DNA of 64,000 nt from an uncultured Acidobacteriota bacterium (lineage in GTDB: Bacteria; Acidobacteriota; Thermoanaerobaculia; UBA5066). Below, piece by piece: positions 1 to 9,871 of this stretch (position 1 is its first letter; every line of letters starts with the position of its first letter). The position numbers and the translations under genes are program-made. The stretch spans positions 2,120,207-2,184,206 of the forward strand of contig CAVZYA010000001.1 in NCBI GenBank assembly GCA_963779415.1. The letters are read 5' to 3'. Below the pieces are notes generated by a model that was given only the letters and a program-made list of their open reading frames with translations, was not told where the DNA came from and did no database searches.

Positions 1-476
1 TCCTGCGCGGTCACAATCGAGGACTGCCACTCGGCCTGCTGGTCCGAGTGGGAAAAGAGGCTGTCGGGACGGGGGGAGCCCGCGAGGAACTCCGCCCGCG
101 TCAGCGGCCCCGAGAGCGTCCCGACGTTCGCCACGACCGCGAGCTTCCCGGCCTCGTAGAGCGTCTGGAGGTCCGTCAGCGCCGGATGGAGGCCGAAGGC
201 CGCTCCCTGGCTCGGGGCGTCGATCTTCAGGATCGACGCCTTCGGGATGTTGAGCGCGGTGGCGCGGACCGCCTGGTACGAGGCGTAGTCGTCGTACGGG
301 ATGACCGTGTTGTTCCCGTCGTTCCCTCCGTAGAGGAAGAGGCAGACGAGCGCGCGGTAGTCGGTCGCACCGGTGGTGGCCGCCTCCAGCCGGGAGAAGC
401 GCTCGAACGCGGAGAGGAAGGCCGCCGCCCCGAGGCCGCAGCCGAGGTCGCGGGCGAATTCGCGTCGGGTTCTCAT
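1..476 (-). CDS. DUF1501 family protein, Tat-exported (runs off the window edge)
   Basis: Manual translation MRTRREFARDLGCGLGAAAF...DYRALVCLFLYGGNDGNNTVIPY...GLHP...LFSHSDQQAEW; twin-arginine-like TRREF; directly downstream of DUF1800, its usual partner. Confidence 0.85.
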   Translation of the reverse strand, partial: MRTRREFARDLGCGLGAAAFLSAFERFSRLEAATTGATDYRALVCLFLYGGNDGNNTVIPYDDYASYQAVRATALNIPKASILKIDAPSQGAAFGLHPALTDLQTLYEAGKLAVVANVGTLSGPLTRAEFLAGSPRPDSLFSHSDQQAEWQSSIVTAQ

Positions 477-492
477 CGCGTCACCTCGGCTT

Positions 493-2232
493 TCAGCGCG
501 CCACCTGGTACTGCGAGGAGCTCGCGATCAGGTAGAGCGCCGTCTGGGCCCGGAGGAGGGGGTTCGCCGCCGGGATCGCCGTCACCGCGCCCGTCACCGT
601 GGCGAGCGCGTCGGCCGACATCGATCCGTGCATCAGGAGCCGGTTCAGGTATCCGACGAGAGCCATCGGGTCCGGCGCGAGCTGCCGGAGGGGCGAGAGG
701 TCGAGGACCGTCCCGGGGCCCGGCGCCGGAGAGCGGAGCTGCGAGAAAGCCAGCGTGTTGACGAAGTTCACGCGATTGAGCGCCGCGAGCGACGACTGGA
801 TCCCCATCTCCGGCCCCTGGATGGAGGTGCCGTTCACGACGTACTCGTGCGGGTAGTAGCTGAAGACGGTCGGCGAATAGAAGAGGTTCTGCCCCATCGC
901 GTTCGCCTGCGCCGCGAGGATCCCGTCGCTCCTGGCGTCCAGCGCGCGGAGGAGGCTCGTGATGAAGAGAACCGGCTCGCGGAGATGCCCGTAGGCGGGC
1001 TCCGTCCGGACCGTGCCGCGCGCCTCGGGGTCGAGCAGGATGGCCCGGACGACGGCCTTCATATCGCCGCGGACCCCGGAGCCGTTGTCGTCGAAGGCCT
1101 GTGCCACGCGGGTGACGTAGGCCCCGGACGGGTTCGACGTGACGAGGTGCTGGATCAGCTGCTTGCCGATGAAGGGACCCACGTTCGGATGGCGGAAGAT
1201 GTTGTCGATCGCCTCGTTCAGTTCGACCTCGCCGTCCCCGCCGGCCGGAAGCGTCGTGTTGACGGCTCCCGGATAGTCGAGGAGGACCTTGACCCCCTTG
1301 TCGTGGTTCGTGTCCTTCCCCTTCGCGTCGCGGTAGAGAACCATCGGCGCGAGAAAATTCGGCGGATTGTGCCGCGCGGACGCCGCCGGCGCGATTGGCG
1401 CGTAGGTCCAGCCGGTGAAGACGTGGGCGAGGTCCTCGATGTTGTCCTGCGAATACGTCGGGATCGGATTTCCGAAGGCATCACTCTGCACCGAGCCGTC
1501 CGGGTTCAGGAGGTTCACGCCGAGGGAGAAGAGCTGCATCACTTCGCGGGCGTAGTTCTCGTTCGGCGAGACGTTGGAGGTCGGGACCGGTGCGTCGTTG
1601 TTCACCATGTCGAGGTAGTGCCCCATGGCCGGGTTCAGGGTCAGATCCCAGAGGAGCTTTCGGTAGTTCTCGAAGGCGTCGTCGAGGAGCATGTTCAGGT
1701 ACGGCGCCATCTGGCTCGGCTGCGTGATCTTGACGCCCGAGACGACGAGGATCTCGTGGAGCGCGAGCGCGACGCGCTGTCGGAGCTGGTCGTCGTTGTC
1801 GAGCGCGTCTTGGAAGAAGCGGACCTGGAGCGGGTACATGGTGTAGTTGTCCCGGACGCAGGTGGACGGGCTTCCGGTCGGGCAGCCGGTGGAGGATCTC
1901 GCGGGCATCGTGGCGAGGGCCGGATACGAAGAGGTCTTCGCGTAGAACTGCTCGGCGAGCCAGGCGTCGAATCCGACCTCCTGGAGATGTCCGATCAGGG
2001 ACGTCGTCGGGCCGAACGTCGCCTGCTCGAGGAAGCGGACGGTGTCGGAGAAAGCCCGGGTCGTGGCCGGCTGGACTCCGGTCAGCCCGCTTCCGCCGGC
2101 TTTCGGATGCTGGGCAAGGGAGGGCACCGCGCCGACGAGAGCGGCAATCGCAATGGCCGCGAGGAGGGCGGGACCCGGACGGCGACTCCCTTTCGCGCGG
2201 GGGTCGATTCTCGGCGACGCATCTCGGTCCAT
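493..2232 (-). CDS. DUF1800 family protein
   Basis: RFLEQATFGPT, DQLRQRVALALHEILVVS, PAMGHYLDM, PNENYAREVMQLFSLG, TSNPSGAYVTRVA motifs; N-terminal signal peptide; RBS GGAGGAG. Confidence 0.9.
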   Translation of the reverse strand: MDRDASPRIDPRAKGSRRPGPALLAAIAIAALVGAVPSLAQHPKAGGSGLTGVQPATTRAFSDTVRFLEQATFGPTTSLIGHLQEVGFDAWLAEQFYAKTSSYPALATMPARSSTGCPTGSPSTCVRDNYTMYPLQVRFFQDALDNDDQLRQRVALALHEILVVSGVKITQPSQMAPYLNMLLDDAFENYRKLLWDLTLNPAMGHYLDMVNNDAPVPTSNVSPNENYAREVMQLFSLGVNLLNPDGSVQSDAFGNPIPTYSQDNIEDLAHVFTGWTYAPIAPAASARHNPPNFLAPMVLYRDAKGKDTNHDKGVKVLLDYPGAVNTTLPAGGDGEVELNEAIDNIFRHPNVGPFIGKQLIQHLVTSNPSGAYVTRVAQAFDDNGSGVRGDMKAVVRAILLDPEARGTVRTEPAYGHLREPVLFITSLLRALDARSDGILAAQANAMGQNLFYSPTVFSYYPHEYVVNGTSIQGPEMGIQSSLAALNRVNFVNTLAFSQLRSPAPGPGTVLDLSPLRQLAPDPMALVGYLNRLLMHGSMSADALATVTGAVTAIPAANPLLRAQTALYLIASSSQYQVAR

Positions 2233-2267
2233 CTCCGCTCCTCCCGTTTGTTGGTACTGCGTCTCAA

Positions 2268-2295
2268 GACGCGGATCCTACGCGTCCGGTTGACA
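2268..2295 (-). promoter_or_regulatory. Candidate ECF-type promoter for DUF1800-DUF1501
   Basis: Minus strand reads TGTCAACC-N16-CGTC, about 35 nt upstream of the start codon. Confidence 0.35.
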
Positions 2296-2309
2296 CGGTG
2301 AGATGGAGG

Positions 2310-2325
2310 CGTGATGGACGTCACG
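2310..2325. promoter_or_regulatory. CRP-like palindrome
   Basis: cGTGA-tggacg-TCACg (GTGA-N6-TCAC) in the divergent intergenic region. Confidence 0.35.
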
Positions 2326-2412
2326 GATGGCGGGGAGTTGATAATCACGCAACGTCATCTTTCCGCCGGAGGCTCTCCTTGACGGTCGGCCCGGTACGTG
2401 GGGGGCGGGATC

Positions 2413-2520
2413 GCCGGGGTCGAGGAGCTGGATTCTCACGACCGCTGGGAGCGGATCCCGCAGTACGGCTGGGCCTGGAAGCCGCACGCCGTCGTCGCCG
2501 GCTGGGTCCCCGAAGGCCCG
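2413..2520 (+). pseudogene. Possible gene remnant (DUF6600-like Trp/Gly/Pro repeat fragment)
   Basis: GVEELDSHDRWERIPQYGWAWKPHAVVAGWVP resembles the repeats of that family; no complete gene around it. Confidence 0.3.
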
Positions 2521-2742
2521 GCCGTCCGAACCGTCCGGTACGCGCCGGCGCGCGTCGTCTTCGTCGGCGGCGGGTACATCCGCGAGACGCACGTCCACGA
2601 CGCGCACGCCCGACAAACCGGTCTCGTGACGAGCCGGATGAGGGAGACCGGGCGGTGTCCCGGGTCTCTCTCGGGCTCGCGCGAGCCGGTCTCGACGTTG
2701 CAGATTCTCGCTATGATCGTTTTCGCGACAGGGAGGATGCCG

Positions 2743-3207
2743 ATGAAAGAATCCATCTCGTTCCGGCTCAACGGCAAGCCCGTCCAGCTCGAGATCGACG
2801 GCGATCGAACGCTCCTCTGGGTGCTGCGGACCGACCTTGGCCTGACGGGGACGAAGTACGGCTGCGGCGAGAGCCTCTGCGGCGCCTGCACCGTGGTCGT
2901 CGGGAAGGAGGCGGTGCGGTCGTGCCAGCTTCCGATGAAGGCCGTCCGCGGCAAGGAGGTCACGACGATCGAGGGGCTGGAGAAGAACGGAAAGCTCCAT
3001 CCCCTCCAGGAGGCGTTCGCCGACGTCGGGGGGCTCCAGTGCGGCTACTGCACCCCCGGGATGATCATGAATGCCTACGCCCTCCTCCTGAAGACCCCGA
3101 GGCCGAGCCGGCGCCAGATCCTCGCCGGGATGGAGGACAACCTCTGCCGCTGCGCCGCTCATAATCGGATCGTCAAGGCCATCGAACGGGCCTCGACCGT
3201 TGCGTGA
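2743..3207 (+). CDS. (2Fe-2S)-binding small subunit of an aldehyde/isoquinoline oxidoreductase (IorA/CoxS-like)
   Basis: GTKYGCGESLCGACTV, QCGYCTPGMIM, NLCRC; RBS GGGAGG before ATG 2743. Confidence 0.92.
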   Translation: MKESISFRLNGKPVQLEIDGDRTLLWVLRTDLGLTGTKYGCGESLCGACTVVVGKEAVRSCQLPMKAVRGKEVTTIEGLEKNGKLHPLQEAFADVGGLQCGYCTPGMIMNAYALLLKTPRPSRRQILAGMEDNLCRCAAHNRIVKAIERASTVA

Positions 3208-5381
3208 GGCGTGTCATGAGAGACGACCGCTCGCCCCTCGCCGCGCCGCCGCTTCCCTCCGCACGACGTTCCCTCGACCGCCGGAACTTCATCCGGCTTC
3301 TCGGCGGGGGGATCATCGTCCTCTTCAACGCGGACCTGTCGGACCTCCTCGGCCAGGAAGCTCGCACGCGGGGCTACCCCACCGACTTCAACGCCTATCT
3401 GAGGATCGCCGCAGACGGCCGGGTCACGGTCTACTCCGGGAAGATCGAGATGGGTCAGGGCGTCGTCACGTCTCTCGCGCAGATGGCGGCCGACGAGCTC
3501 GACGTGTCGCTGGATTCCATCGACATGGTGATGGGAGACACGGCCCTCTGCCCCTGGGACGCTGGAACGTGGGGCTCCATGTCGACCCGCTTCTTCGGCC
3601 CGGCCCTCCGGGGGGCCGCGGCGGAGGCGAAAGCCGTCCTGCTGACGCTCGCCTCGGAGCAGCTGAAGGCGCCGCCGGACGCCCTCCGCACCGCGGACGG
3701 CGTCGTTTCCGTCGCCTCCGACCCGAAGAGCCGCGTCACGTATGGCCAGCTCGCGAAGGGGCAGAAGATCGTCCGGAAGCTGGACGGGAAGGCCGTCCTG
3801 AAGTCCGTTTCCGAGTTCCGGATCATGGGGCGCCCGGAGAAGCGCCGGGACGCGCGGGAGAAGGTGACGGGCAAGGCTCAATACGCCGGCGACATCCGGC
3901 TTCCGGGAATGCTTTACGCGAAGATCCTCCGTCCGCCGGCCCACGGCGCCACGCTGAAGAGCGTCGACACGTCGGCCGCCGCGCGCGTGCCGGGAACCGT
4001 CGTCGTCGACGAGGACGGCATCGTCGCCGTGCTTCACGCGGATCCCGAAGCGGCGGAGAAGGCGCTCTCCCTCGTCAAGGCCGACTTCAACCTGCCGAAG
4101 GCCCCCTTCGACGACCGGACGGTCTTTGTCCATCTCCTCTCGGTGGCGGGCGAGGGCGAGGAGAGGGAGAAGAAGGGGGATCTCGGCGAAGGAGAGAAGA
4201 AATCCGTCTCGCTCTTCGAGGGAAAGTACCTGAACGGTTATGGCGCGCACGCGCCGATCGAGCCTCATACCTCCCTCGCCCGGCTCGAGAACGGGACAAT
4301 GACGATCTGGGCCTCCACGCAGTCGCCCTTCGGAACCCAGCAGGCGGTGGCTCACGCCCTAGGCCTCCCGACGGAGAAGGTCCGGGTCGTCACGCCGTTC
4401 GTCGGCGGCGGCTTCGGCGGGAAGAGCGCCGGAGGGCAGTCGCTCGAGGCGGCGAAGCTCGCGAAGAAGACCGGCAGGCCGGTCCAGGTCTGCTGGAGCC
4501 GTGCCGAGGAGTTCTTCCTCGACACCTTCCGGCCCGCGGCGGTCGTCAAAATCCGGTCGGGAATCGACGGCGCGGGGCGGATCTGCCTCTGGGACTACCA
4601 GGTCTACGCGGCAGGATCGCGAAGCGCCGAGCAGTTCTACGACGTCCCGAACAACCTGATCCGGACCTACGGGCGCTGGGGAGGCGAGACCCCGAAGATG
4701 CACCTCTTCGCCACCGGCCCGTGGCGGGCGCCGGGGGCCAACATCAACGTCTTCGCGCGGGAGTCGCAGATCGACATGATGGCGGCCAAGGCCGGGATCG
4801 ATCCGCTCGAATTTCGCCTGAACAACACCTCCGACAAGAGGATGCGCCGCGTCCTCGAAGCCGCGGCCGGGAAGTTCGGCTGGAAGAAGGCCGCCGCACC
4901 CAGCAAACGCGGGGTCGGGGTGGCGTGCGGGATCGATGCCGGCACTTACGTGGCCCTGATGGCCGAGGTGAGGGTCGACGCCGCCACCGGGAACGTCAAG
5001 GTCCTGCGAATCGTCTGTGCCCAGGAGATGGGCGTCGTGATCAACCCCGACGGCGCGAAGATGCAGATGGAAGGCTGCGTCATGATGGGCCTCGGGTACA
5101 CGCTCTCGGAGGAGGTCCGCTTCGAAGGCGGCCGGATCCTCACCCGGAACTTCGACACGTACGAGCTGCCTCGCTTCTCCGGGATGCCCGAGATCGAGAC
5201 CGTCCTCGTGAAGAACGACGAGCTGACCCCTCAGGGAGGAGGCGAGCCGGCGATCGTCCCGGTGGGGGCCGTCGTGGCGAACGCCATCTTCGACGCCACC
5301 GGCGCCCGGCTCTTCGAGATGCCGATGACGGCCGAACGCGTGAAGGAAGCTCTCGCCGCAGCCCGGAAGCAACCCACCTGA
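3204..5381 (+). CDS. Molybdopterin-binding large subunit, xanthine dehydrogenase family (IorB-like), Tat signal
   Basis: LDRRNFIRLLGGG, EMGQGV, AHAPIEP, VGGGFGGK, WRAPG, GGGEPAIVPV; GTGA overlap with small subunit (alternative ATG at 3216). Confidence 0.92.
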   Translation: MRRVMRDDRSPLAAPPLPSARRSLDRRNFIRLLGGGIIVLFNADLSDLLGQEARTRGYPTDFNAYLRIAADGRVTVYSGKIEMGQGVVTSLAQMAADELDVSLDSIDMVMGDTALCPWDAGTWGSMSTRFFGPALRGAAAEAKAVLLTLASEQLKAPPDALRTADGVVSVASDPKSRVTYGQLAKGQKIVRKLDGKAVLKSVSEFRIMGRPEKRRDAREKVTGKAQYAGDIRLPGMLYAKILRPPAHGATLKSVDTSAAARVPGTVVVDEDGIVAVLHADPEAAEKALSLVKADFNLPKAPFDDRTVFVHLLSVAGEGEEREKKGDLGEGEKKSVSLFEGKYLNGYGAHAPIEPHTSLARLENGTMTIWASTQSPFGTQQAVAHALGLPTEKVRVVTPFVGGGFGGKSAGGQSLEAAKLAKKTGRPVQVCWSRAEEFFLDTFRPAAVVKIRSGIDGAGRICLWDYQVYAAGSRSAEQFYDVPNNLIRTYGRWGGETPKMHLFATGPWRAPGANINVFARESQIDMMAAKAGIDPLEFRLNNTSDKRMRRVLEAAAGKFGWKKAAAPSKRGVGVACGIDAGTYVALMAEVRVDAATGNVKVLRIVCAQEMGVVINPDGAKMQMEGCVMMGLGYTLSEEVRFEGGRILTRNFDTYELPRFSGMPEIETVLVKNDELTPQGGGEPAIVPVGAVVANAIFDATGARLFEMPMTAERVKEALAAARKQPT

Positions 5382-5416
5382 CGTCGCCGCCCTCGTCGCC
5401 GTGATGTCGACCTGAC

Positions 5417-5953
5417 ATGGCCAGGAAATCGTTTCCTCTCTCCCGGGTCTACGGCCTCCTCGAGCCGGGGCCCGTCGTCCTGGTCACGACCGCTCGCGGC
5501 GAGCGCCCGAACATCATGACGATGTCGTGGCATACGATGATGGAGTTCGAGCCGCCGCTCGTCGGTTGCGTCATCAGCAATCGAAACCATTCTTTCGATC
5601 TGCTGAAGGCGACCAGAGAATGTGTCATCAACATCCCTTCCGTGGAACTCGCCGAAAAGGTCGTGGGGTGCGGCAATACGTCCGGTGCGAACGTGGACAA
5701 GTTCAGAAGGTTCCGGCTGACGCCCACGCCCGCGGCGAGGGTCGGCGCGCCTCTCATCGAAGAGTGTTTCGCGAATCTCGAATGCCGGGTGGTCGACACG
5801 AGAATGGTCGCCCGGTATTGCTTCTTCGTCCTCGAAGTCGTCAAGGCGTGGATCGACCCGGTGGTGAAGAACCCGCGGACGATTCATCATCTCGGGAAGG
5901 GCCGCTTCATGGTCGCGGGCGAAAAGATCACGCTGAAGTCGAGGATGAAGTAG
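5417..5953 (+). CDS. Flavin reductase (flavoredoxin-like) family protein
   Basis: LLEPGPVVLVTT, NIMTMSWH, ECVINIP, GNTSG, ECFANLECRV. Confidence 0.85.
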   Translation: MARKSFPLSRVYGLLEPGPVVLVTTARGERPNIMTMSWHTMMEFEPPLVGCVISNRNHSFDLLKATRECVINIPSVELAEKVVGCGNTSGANVDKFRRFRLTPTPAARVGAPLIEECFANLECRVVDTRMVARYCFFVLEVVKAWIDPVVKNPRTIHHLGKGRFMVAGEKITLKSRMK

Positions 5954-6110
5954 CGCTTCTCGTTACGGAAGATTGCGCACCGACCAAGAGACAGAGTCTC
6001 GGGCGCCGGACGAGGTTGATCCGGGAATCCAAGGCACCTACACTGCGTACGGTGTGAGGTCGAGCCCGACGGAAGAGTCCGCGGAGGCCGGAAAGGCAGC
6101 GCTGGACGGG

Positions 6111-8207
6111 ATGGTTTCGCTGAAATCGTCCTCCCGTCCGGCGTTGGGCAAGGTCGTTCTCGTGTCGGGTCTGGGACTCTTCGTCGAACTTCTCCTGATC
6201 CGTTGGCTCGACTCGCAGGTGCGGCCGCTGGCGTTCGTCAAGAATCTACCCCTCATCGCCTCCTTTCTCGGGCTCGGCCTTGGGTACGCGTCGCCCGACC
6301 GGTTTCGCCGGCTGGTCCCGGCTTCAGGACTCCTGCTGGCGATGGTCCTCTTCGCGGGGCTCGCCTCCGACGCTCCAGGGGGAGGGACCGTCGCGTTCGG
6401 TCCGGTCGGGGCCGAGGTGAATCTCGGCGCCGCGCCGATGTCGACGCGGCTGGAGTTGATCGCGTTTGTCGGCGCTCTCGTAGGCGTGTTCGCGGCTGTC
6501 GCCCTCGCGACCTTCCCTCTTGGGCAACTGGCGGCGCGCGCCATGAAAGGTCTCGAGACGCTGCCGGCTTACACGGCGAACGTCGCCGGCTCGCTTCTCG
6601 GCGTTCTTTCTGCCTTCGTTCTCGCATCAGCGTCCATCCCGCTCTGGGTGAACGCCGCCGTCGCGTTTCTTCTCCTGACCGCCGTGCTCGAAGGCTCGCC
6701 TGCGGCCCGCGTTGGAACCCTCGCGGCCGGCCTCGTGATCTCTCTGGTGATGGCGTATCAGGACCACCCGTCCGGCCAGCGGTTTCGCCTCTGGAGCCCG
6801 TACAACCGGATCGAGGTCTCGACAGACCCTCCCCTCAGGACTCCGGACGGCACGCTCGTCTCCCCCGGCTATAGTGTCTTCGTCCAGAGCCTCTTCCACC
6901 AGCGGATGCTCGCGCTCTCGCCCGAACGCTGGCCACAACTTTCCGGCCTCCTGTCACGCGAGAGGGCGCACTATGATTTTCCGTATCGACTCCTTTCCCC
7001 GCAGCGGGTCCTCATTCTCGGCGCCGGGACCGGGAACGACATTGCCGCGGCTCTCCGTAACGGGGCCCGCGTGGTGGACGCGGTGGAAATCGATCCCATG
7101 ATCCTCGCGGTCGGCAGGAAGCTCCACCCGGATCGTCCGATGCAGGACCCCCGGGTCCGGCCGATCGTCGCCGACGCCAGAGCGGTTCTCGAGCGCCCCG
7201 GACCAGCCTACGACCTGATCGTCTTCGGCACACTCGACGCCCACCTCGGTTTCTACTCCTCCATCGCCTCGAGTATTCGGCTCGACAACTACGTCTACAC
7301 GGTGGAGAGCCTCCGCCGAGCGCTTGCCCGCCTCACCCCGGGGGGCGCCGTTTATGCGAACGTCTACATCGAGTTCCCATGGGTTGCGACACGTCTTCAG
7401 CGGATGATCGAGGAGGCGGGAGGCGTGACCCCGCTCACCACCTCACCCCGAGTCGAAGGGGAGAACGCCAGCTATCTCTTCGGTCCAGTCACGAGGAGTG
7501 CCGGCGTCGCGGCGGCACGTCTCGTCGCGGGCTTCTCGGCCGAGACTCTCCAGCGGAATCCTCCGGGGCCATCTGCGCGCGATGATTGGCCATTCCTCTA
7601 CCTTCGGAGCCGAAGAGTCCCGCCGGTCATTCTGCTTTCCGGTGCGCTCGTTCTCGGCGCCGGCTTTCTCCTCGTGCGGTTCGTCATTGGCGGGGTGCGG
7701 CGTCTCGACCGGCACTTCTTCTTCCTCGGTGCGGGGTTCCTGCTCGTCGAGACCCGGACGATCGCGCAGCTCGCGTTGCTCTTTGGCACGACCTGGCGGG
7801 TCAGCGCCATCGCCATCAGTGCGATTCTCGCCGCTGTGCTCCTTGCAAACGGGGTCGTACGCCAAACGGGTCCGCTTCCGCGTCCGTTTCTTTACGTCGG
7901 TCTGGCGGTGTCCCTTCTGGTCGGAACCGTCGTGCCCGTCGGCGCGGCCCTCGGGGCGGGTTCTCTCGCTGCGTGGGGGATGACGCTCATCCTTGCGCTG
8001 CCCGTCGTCTTCTCGTCCCTGGTCTTCTCCTCTTCCATCGCGGACCAGACCGACCTGGCGCCAATTCTCGCCTCGAACCTCGCCGGAGGCGTCCTCGGCG
8101 GCCTTCTCGAGAACGTCTCCCTGGTAATCGGGATTTCGGCCCTTGGTTTCGTCGCCCTCGCCGTCTACGCCGCTTCCTATCGGCCGTGGCTCAGTTCCAG
8201 TGCTTGA
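6111..8207 (+). CDS. Membrane-embedded spermidine-synthase-like class I SAM-fold protein
   Basis: Multiple TM helices at both ends; WSPYNRI, VLILGAGTGND, DAVEIDP, DAR, DDWPFLYL, FFFLGAGFLLVET; start uncertain (ORF open from 5973). Confidence 0.8.
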   Translation: MVSLKSSSRPALGKVVLVSGLGLFVELLLIRWLDSQVRPLAFVKNLPLIASFLGLGLGYASPDRFRRLVPASGLLLAMVLFAGLASDAPGGGTVAFGPVGAEVNLGAAPMSTRLELIAFVGALVGVFAAVALATFPLGQLAARAMKGLETLPAYTANVAGSLLGVLSAFVLASASIPLWVNAAVAFLLLTAVLEGSPAARVGTLAAGLVISLVMAYQDHPSGQRFRLWSPYNRIEVSTDPPLRTPDGTLVSPGYSVFVQSLFHQRMLALSPERWPQLSGLLSRERAHYDFPYRLLSPQRVLILGAGTGNDIAAALRNGARVVDAVEIDPMILAVGRKLHPDRPMQDPRVRPIVADARAVLERPGPAYDLIVFGTLDAHLGFYSSIASSIRLDNYVYTVESLRRALARLTPGGAVYANVYIEFPWVATRLQRMIEEAGGVTPLTTSPRVEGENASYLFGPVTRSAGVAAARLVAGFSAETLQRNPPGPSARDDWPFLYLRSRRVPPVILLSGALVLGAGFLLVRFVIGGVRRLDRHFFFLGAGFLLVETRTIAQLALLFGTTWRVSAIAISAILAAVLLANGVVRQTGPLPRPFLYVGLAVSLLVGTVVPVGAALGAGSLAAWGMTLILALPVVFSSLVFSSSIADQTDLAPILASNLAGGVLGGLLENVSLVIGISALGFVALAVYAASYRPWLSSSA

Positions 8208-9765
8208 AGTCGGGGGTCCAGTACTCCGCGAGCGGAAGGCGGAGGCCGCGGCAGAGGTAGATCGGGCGGTTCTCCTCGGCCATCCCCCACGGGTGGAAGT
8301 GCTCCCCGACCTTCTCGACCGAGCGGCAGTGATCTTCCACTCCCTGCCGGCTCCACTGCAGCCAGATGAGGTTCTCGGGCTCCGGCTTCGGCGGGCCCCA
8401 GAAGTAGTGGTTCTGATGGGCGCAGATGGGCGCCGGCAGGCCGAGCGCGGGCCCGAACAGGTTGAGTGCGCCGGCCTCCCCGTAGTTGCTCGCGAAGATG
8501 CCGGTCCGCGCGCGTTCTTCGGGAGGCAGCGACCAGTAGATCCGGGCCACGTCTTTGACCAGCTCCTCCCAACCGAACTGGTCCCCGAGGCGCTGATCCA
8601 GGGGGCCCTCATGCCTCACCTCGGTCTTCGGCGGCACGAGCCCGAGTCGCCTCTGGTAAGCGAGCAGCTTCTCCGGCGGCAGAATCGGCAGGATCGCGGG
8701 GATCAGGATCCCGCCCGCCGCAAGGACGAGCGCCGCGAGGGCCATCTTCGGCCAGAGTCTGTCGCGGCTCCATTCGCGGCGTGTCAACCATCCTTCCACC
8801 GCCACGGCCCCGGAGGCGAAGAGCATCGGGTAGATGGGCGCCAGGTAGTAGTTCTTCGCTCGGAGGCCGATCATCAGCGCGAGAAGCACCAGATACGTCC
8901 AGCCGAGCAGGCGCAGCCGTGACCTTCGCCCGAAAAGGAAGGAAGCAAGCCCCACGAGCCAGATCGGAAAGAGGGCGGGGTGAAGAAGCAGGACCTGCTG
9001 AGCAAGGAACTGTGACGGGCTCAGAACGACGTTCTTCCCCATTCGCCGCACGTTCTCGAGATCCTCGAGGGTTGGATAGCCGTGCCGGACCTGCCAGAGG
9101 AGGTTGGGAAGAAAGATCAGGAATGCGATTCCTCCGGCCATCCAGATCCAGGGCTTCCGCAGCTCGCGGCGCTCCGGGCTGAGCAGCAACGCCACCACGA
9201 CGGCGCCGCCGAAGAGGAGCGTGGAATGCTTGTTCTCGAGCCCGAGCCCCGCGAGGACGCCGAACCAGAGCCAGAGCCGGGAGTCGCCCGTCCGGACGAT
9301 CCGGATCAGGAAGAAGACGCACCCCATCCAGAACAGAGCCTCGAAGCCGTTCATCGTGAGGATGCTGTCCATGCCGAGATAGATCGGCGCCGCGAGGACG
9401 CAGAGACCCGCGAGCGCCTGAGCGAAGCGCCCTCCTCCGAGCTCGCGCGCGAGAAGCATCGTCAGCAGGACGCGCGCGGCTCCGGCGAGCGCCGCGAGCG
9501 ACCGCAGGACCGGCAGGGAGCCGCCGAGGAGGAGGGCGACCTTCGCGTAAAGAGCGATCAGGGGGGCGCAGTCGACGTAGCCCCAGTCGAGGTGGCGGCC
9601 ACAGTCGAGGAAGTAGAGCTCGTCACGGAAGTAGCCGTACCGGCCGGCGGTCACGAGATGGACGAGAAGCTTCGCTCCCACGAGCAGCGCCGCGAGGCGA
9701 AGGTCGAGTGGTGCGACCTGCCACCCTTCGTCCGCGCGCGTCGCCGGCCCGGCTTCGTGCCGCAT
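8191..9765 (-). CDS. Glycosyltransferase family 39 / ArnT-like (GT-C) membrane protein
   Basis: YGYFRDELYF, HLDWGYVD, GLENK, PNLLWQ, NYGEAGAL; many TM segments; 3' end overlaps the convergent gene by 17 bp. Confidence 0.85.
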   Translation of the reverse strand: MRHEAGPATRADEGWQVAPLDLRLAALLVGAKLLVHLVTAGRYGYFRDELYFLDCGRHLDWGYVDCAPLIALYAKVALLLGGSLPVLRSLAALAGAARVLLTMLLARELGGGRFAQALAGLCVLAAPIYLGMDSILTMNGFEALFWMGCVFFLIRIVRTGDSRLWLWFGVLAGLGLENKHSTLLFGGAVVVALLLSPERRELRKPWIWMAGGIAFLIFLPNLLWQVRHGYPTLEDLENVRRMGKNVVLSPSQFLAQQVLLLHPALFPIWLVGLASFLFGRRSRLRLLGWTYLVLLALMIGLRAKNYYLAPIYPMLFASGAVAVEGWLTRREWSRDRLWPKMALAALVLAAGGILIPAILPILPPEKLLAYQRRLGLVPPKTEVRHEGPLDQRLGDQFGWEELVKDVARIYWSLPPEERARTGIFASNYGEAGALNLFGPALGLPAPICAHQNHYFWGPPKPEPENLIWLQWSRQGVEDHCRSVEKVGEHFHPWGMAEENRPIYLCRGLRLPLAEYWTPDFKHWN

Positions 9766-9871
9766 GGGCGCCAAGAGTACGCCGTGCGAGGGGTCTCGCG
9801 CAGCGTCCGTTGACGGCGCTTCAGGAGCCGGCTTGCAGGAGAAGTGAAGCGGCTCGGCAGTCGACCCGCCG

